Source of the DNA: Verrucomicrobiota bacterium
GTDB taxonomy: Bacteria; Verrucomicrobiota; Verrucomicrobiia; Opitutales; Opitutaceae
Assembly (NCBI GenBank): GCA_028293565.1
Contig: JAQGON010000165.1
Coordinates: forward strand, 1,011-65,010
DNA length: 64,000 nt
Reading direction: 5' to 3'
Positions 17,221-25,089 of this stretch are shown piece after piece. The notes below the pieces were generated by a model. That model was not told the DNA's origin. It did not search any database and was given only the letters and a program-made list of their open reading frames with translations. The translations under genes and the position numbers were made by a program. Each line of letters begins with the position of its first letter. Position 1 is the stretch's first letter.

Positions 17221-18936
17221 TCAGCCTCTCTTCGTTTTGCCGGCCTGCCGGCTCTTCGCCGTGGCCAGCCGGTCGGTCATGATCTGGTCGGTTTTGGACT
17301 GCTGGCTGGCGACGGCGCGGCCGAATTCCTTTTTCTCCGCCTCGAAGCCCGCGCGCAGCGCCTCGACCTGGGCCTCGACGGCCTGCCTCCGGTAATCGAG
17401 GACGAGCTGCTTGCGCTGGATCTCCTCGTGGAGCGATTTTTCCGCGGCGGCGTCCTGCGTCTCCTGGATCAGGCGGGCCGAGCCAGTGAGCACGCCGGTG
17501 GGACCGAGGTACGTCGGCACGAGCCGCAACCCTTGGGACGTGATAAGAAACTCGCGCACCTGGTTCGAGTGCGCCATGCCCCGCGACTTCAGGACGTAGA
17601 GTCCCCGGTTGCGCTCCCCGCCCAGCTCGATGTCGCTGAGCAGAAGCCAGGTGTCGACGATCGAGCTCATGCCCTCGTCGGTTTCCTGCGCCGTGGCGAC
17701 GTTCGAGAGGCTGACAAAAAACGCGGTGATGACCCGCTTGCGCAGGAAATCGACGAGGCGGATCAGCATGTTGTTCGACTCGTCGCTGTTTCCGGCGGTC
17801 GCGAGATTCGTGACCGGGTCGAGGATGACGACCGCGGGCTTGAAGTCGTCGACGAGCCGGTGCAGCTGCACGAGGTGCATTTCGAGCCCGTGCACCGTCG
17901 GACGGGTGGCGTGAAACTGGAGCAGCCCGGCTTCGACGTGCGGCGCGAGATCGATGCCGATCGAGAGCATGTTGCGCAGGATCTGGGCCTCGGACTCCTC
18001 GAAGGAAAAGTACATGCAGCGCTCGCCGCGCGAGCAGGTCGCGAAAGCGAGACTGGCGGCCAGGCTCGTTTTCCCGGTGCCGGCGGTCCCGCTGAGCATG
18101 ACGGTGCTTCCGCGATAAAATCCCTTGCCGCCGAGCATGTCGTCGAGCTGGGCCACGCCGGTGGAGACGCGCTTGTTCGAAACGTCGTAGTCCATGCTGG
18201 CCGAGCTGAGCGGCAGCACCGAGATTCCCTTCGTGTCGATCAGGAAGGGGTATTCGTTGGCGCCGTGGGTGGACCCGCGGTATTTCACGATCCGCAGGCG
18301 GCGCGTGGAGATCTGGCCGATCACGCGGTGGTCGAGCAGGACGACGCAGTCGGAGACATATTCCTCGAGCCCGTAGCGCGTGAGGAGGCCGTCGCCGCGC
18401 TCCGCGGTGATCACGGTCGTCATTCCGCGCGCCTTGAGCCAGGCGAACAGCCGCCGCAGCTCGCCCCGGAGGATCGCCTGGTTGTTCAGGCCGGCGAACA
18501 GCGACTCGATGGTGTCGAGCACCACGCGCTTCGCGCCGATGCTGTCGATCGCGTGGCCGAGCCGGATGAAGAGCCCCTCGAGGTCATATTCGCCGTTTTC
18601 CTCGATCTCGCTCCGATTGACGTAGACATGGTCGACGACGAGCTGCTTGCGGGCAACGAGGTCCGCGATGTTGAACCCGAGCGACGCGACGTTCTTCCGG
18701 ACGTCGGCGGCGCTCTCCTCAAACGTCATCAGCACTCCCGGCTCCTTGAACTGGATCGCGCCGCGCACGAGAAATTCGATCGCCATGAGCGATTTGCCGC
18801 AGCCCGCGGATCCGCACACGAGGGAAGGCCGGCCGGCGGGGAGGCCACCGCCGGTGATTTCATCGAAACCGGTGATGCCCGTGGGTACTTTCGCGAGCCG
18901 GTCGGTGCCGGCGATGATTTTGTTGAGTTTGGACAT
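17221..18936 (-). CDS. kaiC: KaiC (double RecA/P-loop domain) with a C-terminal coiled-coil extension
   Basis: CI Walker A 'GSAGCGKS' with 'TFEES'. CII Walker A 'GTAGTGKT' with 'FSFEES'. Phosphosite region '[11 protein letters not shown]'. ATG 18936 (MSKLNKII). Confidence 0.92.
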   Translation of the reverse strand: MSKLNKIIAGTDRLAKVPTGITGFDEITGGGLPAGRPSLVCGSAGCGKSLMAIEFLVRGAIQFKEPGVLMTFEESAADVRKNVASLGFNIADLVARKQLVVDHVYVNRSEIEENGEYDLEGLFIRLGHAIDSIGAKRVVLDTIESLFAGLNNQAILRGELRRLFAWLKARGMTTVITAERGDGLLTRYGLEEYVSDCVVLLDHRVIGQISTRRLRIVKYRGSTHGANEYPFLIDTKGISVLPLSSASMDYDVSNKRVSTGVAQLDDMLGGKGFYRGSTVMLSGTAGTGKTSLAASLAFATCSRGERCMYFSFEESEAQILRNMLSIGIDLAPHVEAGLLQFHATRPTVHGLEMHLVQLHRLVDDFKPAVVILDPVTNLATAGNSDESNNMLIRLVDFLRKRVITAFFVSLSNVATAQETDEGMSSIVDTWLLLSDIELGGERNRGLYVLKSRGMAHSNQVREFLITSQGLRLVPTYLGPTGVLTGSARLIQETQDAAAEKSLHEEIQRKQLVLDYRRQAVEAQVEALRAGFEAEKKEFGRAVASQQSKTDQIMTDRLATAKSRQAGKTKRG

Positions 18937-19223
18937 GGAATTCAAAGAATCAGAGACGAATGAGCTGAAGGCGGGGAATTTTGCCGGGAGGCCTTGACGC
19001 CGTGCACCGCAGCGGTCCAAGACGGAGAATAGCTAGCCGAGGCGATTTCGATCCTTAGCTAGCAAAGGTTCTCTGATGCGTAAAACGGGGGTTCGTTCCA
19101 GACTGCGATGCGATTTATCGGATAATGTGGAAGGGGGCGTCCCCTGCAGTCGTTTGCCGGGCAGCGGCGAATCAAAATTTGGACTTCGCGGCCACGGTTT
19201 TTTTCTCCAAACCACACGGTGCC

Positions 19224-20135
19224 ATGACCTACGCCGAAATTGCCGCCGCCCTGCCGAAAACCGCCGTCACGTCCATCGAGGGGCTGCCCTTCCCCCTTCT
19301 CGCCTCGGGCAAAGTGCGCGAGATCTACGATCTCGGCGACGCGCTGCTGCTCGTCGCGACCGACCGGTTGTCGGCCTTCGACGTCATTCTGCCGGATGGC
19401 ATTCCCGGCAAGGGCGCGATCCTGACCCAGATGAGCAACTGGTGGTTCGAGCAGACGAAGGGACTCATTCAGAATCACCTGCTGCCCGATCAGCCGGGAG
19501 AGCTCAGGCGGCGCGGGATCACCGAGGCCGACCTCCAGCTTCGGAGCATGGTCGTGCGCAAATTGAAACCGCTCACGATCGAATGCGTGGCGCGCGGTTA
19601 CCTGATTGGCAGCGGCTGGTCGTCGTATCAGAAGACCGGCGCGGTGTGCGGAATCAAACTCCCGCCCGGACTGCGCCAGGCGGACCGGCTGGCGCAGCCG
19701 ATCTTCACGCCGACGACCAAGGCGCCGAAGGGACAGCACGACGAGCCGATCGACGACGCCCAGGGGGCGGCCACGATCGGCGCGGAGCTTTACCAGCGCG
19801 TCAAGGACACCAGCCTCGCGCTGTACAAATTCGGCCACGATCGCGCACGGAAGGCCGGGATGATTCTCGCCGACACCAAGTTCGAGTTCGGCACCGATGA
19901 CGCCGGCAGCCTTTATCTGATCGACGAAGTGCTGACGCCTGATTCGTCGCGTTACTGGCCCGCCGAGAGCTACGCGACGAACCAATCACCGCCCAGCTAC
20001 GACAAGCAGTTTGTCCGCGACCACCTGGTGGCCATCAAATGGAACCAGGGCCCGCCCGCGCCCAGGCTTCCCGTCGACGTGATCCTGCGGACGCAGGAAA
20101 AATATCTGGCCGCGCTGAAGAATCTGATCGGTTGA
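19224..20135 (+). CDS. purC: Phosphoribosylaminoimidazole-succinocarboxamide (SAICAR) synthase
   Basis: 'GKVREIYDLGDALLLVATDRLSAFDVILPDGIPGKGAILTQMSNWWF' and 'DTKFEFG'. ATG at 19224. Confidence 0.92.
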   Translation: MTYAEIAAALPKTAVTSIEGLPFPLLASGKVREIYDLGDALLLVATDRLSAFDVILPDGIPGKGAILTQMSNWWFEQTKGLIQNHLLPDQPGELRRRGITEADLQLRSMVVRKLKPLTIECVARGYLIGSGWSSYQKTGAVCGIKLPPGLRQADRLAQPIFTPTTKAPKGQHDEPIDDAQGAATIGAELYQRVKDTSLALYKFGHDRARKAGMILADTKFEFGTDDAGSLYLIDEVLTPDSSRYWPAESYATNQSPPSYDKQFVRDHLVAIKWNQGPPAPRLPVDVILRTQEKYLAALKNLIG

Positions 20136-20257
20136 GGCGGTTGAAAATTCGGTCTGGTTGAACAGAAGGGAACGGAAGGGAACGAAGGCGGTTCGCTTCG
20201 GGCGGACGGGCTTTTTTTGGTGGGCTTGGGTCCGGCGGAACGGGTCGGAGACCCGTT

Positions 20258-21595
20258 TTACTGCATCACGCCGGTGCGGCGGATGGGGGAGGTCGCTCCG
20301 CTTTCGGCGCGGATCAGCTCGCGGCGGAGCCAGTCGAGGGCGGCGTTGACGGCGCGGCTCTTCACCGTCGGGCGCGGGCCGGGATAGCTGAGTTTCTTCG
20401 ACCACACGCCATGCGGCGCGTGGAGCGCGATGAACATCGTGCCGACCGGATTGCCGTTCGCGCCTTCCGACGCGCTCGCGCCCGCGAAACCCGTCACCGC
20501 CAGGGCGTAATCCGCGCCGAGCGTTTCCGCGGCGCCCGTCGCCATCGCGACCGCGCCTTCGGGGCTCACGGAGCCATGCTGGAGCAGCAGGCACTCGGGC
20601 ACGTCGAGGAGCTGCATCTTCGCGTCGTTCGTGCAGCAGACGACGCCGCCGGCGAAAAATTTGCACGCCCCGCACACCTCCGTGACGGCGTGCGCGAGCA
20701 GGCCGCCGGTGGCCGTCTCCGCCACCGCGAGTTTCTTTTCCTGCGCCCGCAGGAGATCGGCGCAGACCTTCGCGAGCGAATCATGGCCGTAGCACATGAA
20801 GTCCTCGCCGAGCAGCTGCGCACATTCCGCGGCCACCTTGTCGAGCTCGGCAAAGGAAAGTTTTCCACTCGGCGAGCTCACACGGCAGTCGACCTGCCCC
20901 TGGTGCGCACAAAACGCCACGCTCAGCGCCTCGCCATGCCGGTCGAAGATCGGCTGCAGCCGCGTCTCGAGCGCCGACTCGCCGATCCCCGCCGTGCGGA
21001 GCTGCACGTAGGCCTCGCGGCCGAGCAGCAACCCGAGTTTCGCGAGGCGCGGAATCACCTGTTCGACAAACATCGGCTGCAGTTCGTTCGGCGGCCCGGG
21101 CAGCATGCAGAGCACCTTGCCCTCCTGCTCGACCCAAAGGCCCGGCGCCGTGCCATGCGAATTGGGCAGGACCACGCCGCGTTCGAACCGGTAGGCCTGC
21201 TTCAGGTTGTTCGGCGTCATCTTCCGCCCGAAGGCCGCGAAGCGGTCCATCATCGCCTTCTCGATGTCGCGGTCGAACACGAGCTTCTGCCCGAGCACCG
21301 CGGCGATGACCTCGCGCGTGCGGTCGTCGCAGGTCGGACCGAGCCCGCCGGTCGTGATGATCACGTCGGCCGCCTTCCAGCTTTCGCGGAACTGGCGCTC
21401 GATGTCCTCGGCTTCGTCCGTAATCGTCACATTGCGCGAGAGAAGCACGCCCCGCCGCCCCAGCTGCGCGCCGATGAAGGTCAGATGCCCGTTGCCCGTC
21501 AGCCCCAGCAACAGCTCGTCCCCAAGCGTCAGGAGCTCGTAGCGCTTGGCCGCGAAGGGGGGGGATGAGGAGTGATGGGAGCCGGTTGAAACCAT
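20258..21595 (-). CDS. cinA: CinA family protein (MoCF/MoaB-like domain + nicotinamide-nucleotide amidase domain)
   Basis: 'LLTLGDELLLG...TTGGLGPTCDDRTREVIA' plus a C-terminal 'LAVAETATGGLLAHAVT'. Confidence 0.85.
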   Translation of the reverse strand: MVSTGSHHSSSPPFAAKRYELLTLGDELLLGLTGNGHLTFIGAQLGRRGVLLSRNVTITDEAEDIERQFRESWKAADVIITTGGLGPTCDDRTREVIAAVLGQKLVFDRDIEKAMMDRFAAFGRKMTPNNLKQAYRFERGVVLPNSHGTAPGLWVEQEGKVLCMLPGPPNELQPMFVEQVIPRLAKLGLLLGREAYVQLRTAGIGESALETRLQPIFDRHGEALSVAFCAHQGQVDCRVSSPSGKLSFAELDKVAAECAQLLGEDFMCYGHDSLAKVCADLLRAQEKKLAVAETATGGLLAHAVTEVCGACKFFAGGVVCCTNDAKMQLLDVPECLLLQHGSVSPEGAVAMATGAAETLGADYALAVTGFAGASASEGANGNPVGTMFIALHAPHGVWSKKLSYPGPRPTVKSRAVNAALDWLRRELIRAESGATSPIRRTGVMQ

Positions 21596-21775
21596 ACTTG
21601 CGAGCGGGGGAGGTTAGGCAAATTCTGCCAAAATGCCAGCGACTCAGCCAAACGCGGCGCCGCCTTGGTGTCACGACTCCAATGGACCGAGGCTGTCGCC
21701 TTCGCCGCAGCGGTCCCCTCTCGGGGAAATCGGGCATTGTCCGGGCTTTGCAACGCCGGACGGGCATCATCGGAG

Positions 21776-23347
21776 ATGAGCAAAGCGCCGACATTGAAGG
21801 AAAAGCTGCGCCGGCTTCCGGACAAGCCGGGCGTGTACCTGATGAAGGACCGGCTGGGCCGGATCATTTATGTCGGCAAGGCGAAGAGCCTGAAAAAGCG
21901 CGTCTCGTCCTATTTCCAGCGGGGGCGGATCCGCACGCTCTCGCAGCCGAAAATCCGCGCGCTGATCGACATGATCGAGGACCTCGACACGATCGAGGTG
22001 AAGTCCGAGCCGGAGGCCCTGCTGCTCGAGGGGAAACTGATCAAGCAGTGGCGTCCGCGGTACAACACCGACTTCACCGACGACAAACGCTTCCTGCTCG
22101 TGCGCATCGATCCCACCGAGGAGCTCCCGCGTTTCCGGCTGACCCGGATCAAGAAGGATGACCGCTCGCGCTACTTCGGGCCGTTCGCCCACAGCGGGCT
22201 GCTGCGCAAGACGCTCGCCCAGATGCGGCGGCAGTTCGGGATCCTGCTCGGCGACGGCACGCCGGAGCGGCTGGCGGACGGAACCTGGCGGCTGTACGAC
22301 GACGTCCGGCAGGAGCTCTACGGCGCGCGGACGATCGTCACGCCCGAGGATTATCGCCGCCGCGTCGAGGATGCCTGCACGTTTCTCGAGGGCAAATCGC
22401 GCGAATGGCTCGAGACGCTCCGCGCGGAGATGACGACCGCCGCCGTCAACCAGGCCTTCGAAAAGGCGGCGGAACTGCGCGACGTCGTTTTCGCGCTGGA
22501 GCAGACGCTCGCGAAAACGCGGCGCTTCGAGCGGCTCGACCCGACGCGACCCGCCCGGGACCTGGACGCGCTGCGGGAACTGGGCGAGGTGCTGCGGCTG
22601 CCGGGCCCGCCGCGCACGATGGAGTGCTTCGACATCTCGCACATCTCGGGAACCTTCGTGGTCGCGTCGATGGTGCATTTTGCCGACGGGCGTCCGGACA
22701 AGGACCACTACCGCCGTTTCCAGATCAAGAGCTTCATCGGCAACGACGATTTCCGCGCGATGGAGGAGGTGGTGGGACGCCGCTATCGCCGGCTCGCGGA
22801 AGAGGGAAAACCCTTTCCCGACCTCGTCGTGATCGACGGCGGGCGCGGGCAGATCAGCGCGGCGTTGAAGGCCTTCATCGGCCTGGAGGCGATGCCGCCG
22901 CCGATCATCGGGCTGGCGAAGAAGCATGAGACGGTGATTTTTCCCGACGAGCGGCCGCCCCTCAACTTGCCGCTGAGCTCGCCGGCGCTCAACCTGCTGC
23001 AGCGCCTGCGCGACGAGGCGCACCGTTTCGCCAACACCTACAACGCGAAGCTTCGCTCGAAGAAAATCCGCGAGAGCGTCCTGGACGATTTCAGCGGCCT
23101 CGGTCCCGTCCGACGCGGGGCGCTGCTCGCGCATTTCGGGTCGATGGAGCGCATGCGCCGGGCGACCGTCGCGGAGATCCGCGAGGTCGAGGGATTCGGG
23201 CCGAAGCTGGCGGCGGAGCTGCAGGCGTTTCTCCAGCGCGAACCCGCCGACGACGTCGAAGCCAGCGTGCCGGCGGAAGAGCAGGTGATTGAACAGGTGA
23301 TCAAGCCCGCGGATGAGGCGGCGGAGAAGCCGGCACCGGAATCGTAG
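21776..23347 (+). CDS. uvrC: Excinuclease ABC subunit C
   Basis: GIY-YIG 'KPGVYLMKDRLGRIIYVGKAKSLKKRVSSYF', UVR 'FEKAAELRDVVFALEQ', and a C-terminal HhH 'EVEGFGPKLAAELQAFL'. ATG at 21776. Confidence 0.9.
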   Translation: MSKAPTLKEKLRRLPDKPGVYLMKDRLGRIIYVGKAKSLKKRVSSYFQRGRIRTLSQPKIRALIDMIEDLDTIEVKSEPEALLLEGKLIKQWRPRYNTDFTDDKRFLLVRIDPTEELPRFRLTRIKKDDRSRYFGPFAHSGLLRKTLAQMRRQFGILLGDGTPERLADGTWRLYDDVRQELYGARTIVTPEDYRRRVEDACTFLEGKSREWLETLRAEMTTAAVNQAFEKAAELRDVVFALEQTLAKTRRFERLDPTRPARDLDALRELGEVLRLPGPPRTMECFDISHISGTFVVASMVHFADGRPDKDHYRRFQIKSFIGNDDFRAMEEVVGRRYRRLAEEGKPFPDLVVIDGGRGQISAALKAFIGLEAMPPPIIGLAKKHETVIFPDERPPLNLPLSSPALNLLQRLRDEAHRFANTYNAKLRSKKIRESVLDDFSGLGPVRRGALLAHFGSMERMRRATVAEIREVEGFGPKLAAELQAFLQREPADDVEASVPAEEQVIEQVIKPADEAAEKPAPES

Positions 23348-23450
23348 CCGCGAGGGGAAACGTTTTTGGAACCGCAATTGGTTCCTCGAAATCCACCGGG
23401 CAGGAACGATTCGCTCGCCTGAGCGGGAAAATCCACGACGCTCGGGTCGG

Positions 23451-24959
23451 ATGAAACACCTCGGGCTCTTCGCGCTGGTCCTGGGAATCGCCACGGTCGG
23501 CCACGCCGACGTCACTCTCGCGCCGCTGTTCCAGGACCATGCCGTTCTCCAGCGCGATCGCCCCCTGCCGGTCTGGGGGCGCGCCGATCCCGGGGAGCAC
23601 GTCACGGTCACGTTCAAGGGCCAGCAGGTCGGCACGACGGCGGGGGCGGATGGGCGCTGGATTCTGTACCTGGAGGCGCAACCGGCTTCGGTCGAGCCGG
23701 CGGTCATGGTGGTGGCGGGGAAGAATTCGGTGACGATCGACGACCTGCTGGTGGGCGAGGTCTGGCTCGCATCGGGCCAGTCGAACATGGAATGGCCCGT
23801 TGCGAGTTCCACCGATGCGGAAAATGAGATCGCCACCGCGCATTATCCGCAGCTGCGGCACATCAAGATCGAGCACACGGTGGCCTCGGCGCCGGCCGAC
23901 ACGGTGCAGTCGACCGGATGGCGTCCCGCCACGCCGGATGCCGTGGGCGAGTTTTCGGCGGTGGGTTATTTCTTCGCGCGCGAGCTGCATCGCCGGCTGG
24001 GCGTGCCCGTGGGCTTGATCAACTGCTCGTATGGCGGCACCGCCGTGGAGGCCTGGACGGGCGCCACGGCGCTGCGAGCGACGGCGGCGTTTGCGGCGGT
24101 CGACGAGCGCTGGCGGAAGGACGTCGCGGAATTTCCGGACCGCTTGGCGAAATATCCCGGCGAGCAGGAGGCCTTCGCCAAGGCGGAGGAGATTGCGCGC
24201 GCCACGAAGACGAAAAATCCCCTGCCTTGGCCGCATCCGCCCGTGGGCCCGGGAACGGCGTATGAAATCAGCGGGCTGTTCAACGGCATGGTCGCTCCGC
24301 TGCAGCCGTACGCGGTGCGGGGAATCATCTGGTACCAGGGGGAGGCGAACTGGGCGCATCCCGCGGAGTACGCCGAGCTGTTCCCCGCAATGATCCGGTC
24401 CTGGCGCGCCGGCTGGGGCGACGCGACGCTGCCGTTCTATTTCGTGCAGCTCGCAAGCTACCTCGTCCCGGAGGATCCGACCCACCGGGGGTGGGCTTAT
24501 TTTCGCGAGGCCCAGATGCAGGCCCTGCTGCTCGGCTCGACGGAAATGACGACGGCGATCGACATCGGAGATCCGAAGGACATTCACCCGCGCAACAAAC
24601 AGGAGGTCGGGCGCAGGCTCGCGATGATTGCCAAGTCGCAGGCATACGGGGTGCCGGCGGATTTCTCCGGACCGGTCTTCGAGCGCGCGATCCGCGAAGG
24701 CAGCGCGATGCGCGTGTATTTCAGCCACGCCGTGACGGGCCTGATTTCCTACGACAAGCCCGTCCAGTCACTCGAGCTGGCCGGCGCGGATCTGCGGTTT
24801 TATCCGGCGGCCGGAAAGATCGACCGCGGCACGCTGCTCGTCAGCGCACGCGAGGTGCGGGAGCCGGTGGCGGTGCGTTACGCCTGGAGCAACGCACCGG
24901 TGGCGAATCTCTACAACGGAGCCGGCCTCCCCGCGCTCCCGTTCCGGAGCGATCGGTGA
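23451..24959 (+). CDS. Sialate O-acetylesterase-like (SGNH/SASA) secreted esterase
   Basis: Signal 'MKHLGLFALVLGIATVGHA' and catalytic block 'GEVWLASGQSNMEWPV'. Confidence 0.8.
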   Translation: MKHLGLFALVLGIATVGHADVTLAPLFQDHAVLQRDRPLPVWGRADPGEHVTVTFKGQQVGTTAGADGRWILYLEAQPASVEPAVMVVAGKNSVTIDDLLVGEVWLASGQSNMEWPVASSTDAENEIATAHYPQLRHIKIEHTVASAPADTVQSTGWRPATPDAVGEFSAVGYFFARELHRRLGVPVGLINCSYGGTAVEAWTGATALRATAAFAAVDERWRKDVAEFPDRLAKYPGEQEAFAKAEEIARATKTKNPLPWPHPPVGPGTAYEISGLFNGMVAPLQPYAVRGIIWYQGEANWAHPAEYAELFPAMIRSWRAGWGDATLPFYFVQLASYLVPEDPTHRGWAYFREAQMQALLLGSTEMTTAIDIGDPKDIHPRNKQEVGRRLAMIAKSQAYGVPADFSGPVFERAIREGSAMRVYFSHAVTGLISYDKPVQSLELAGADLRFYPAAGKIDRGTLLVSAREVREPVAVRYAWSNAPVANLYNGAGLPALPFRSDR

Positions 24960-24973
24960 CGCGCGGGGCGCGT

Positions 24974-25068
24974 CCGGAATTCGAAATTCGTAATTCGGAA
25001 TTCGGGGCCGGCGATCGCCGTTGGATCCCCATACCTCGAATTCCGAATTTCGAATTACGAATTCCGCG
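24974..25068. repeat. Inverted arrays of GNAATTC heptads between convergent genes; candidate bidirectional terminator
   Basis: Left arm 'GGAATTC GAAATTC GTAATTC GGAATTC' (24976-25003). The right arm is its imperfect inverse (25034-25068). Lies in the 130-nt gap between stops at 24959 and 25090. Confidence 0.5.
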
Positions 25069-25089
25069 CGCGCAGAGCGAGAGCGCGCG

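Noticed and set aside
14653-18963. Long plus-strand ORFs (14653-16548 and 17134-18963) opposite the kinase and kaiC genes
   Set aside because: Antisense to genes with unambiguous Kai and histidine-kinase motifs. Their composition is typical of shadow ORFs.
19021-19223. Purine or ZTP riboswitch upstream of purC, and paired GCTAGC palindromes at about 19031-19064
   Set aside because: I could not recognise a match to the purine or ZTP riboswitch cores. The two GCTAGC sites give only a 6-bp stem, which is too weak to call.
21767-23836. 689-aa minus-strand ORF covering the uvrC region
   Set aside because: It is antisense to a gene with clear GIY-YIG, UVR and HhH motifs. Its translation is Arg/Ala/Gly/Pro-rich with no recognisable motif. 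This is a typical shadow ORF of high-GC DNA.
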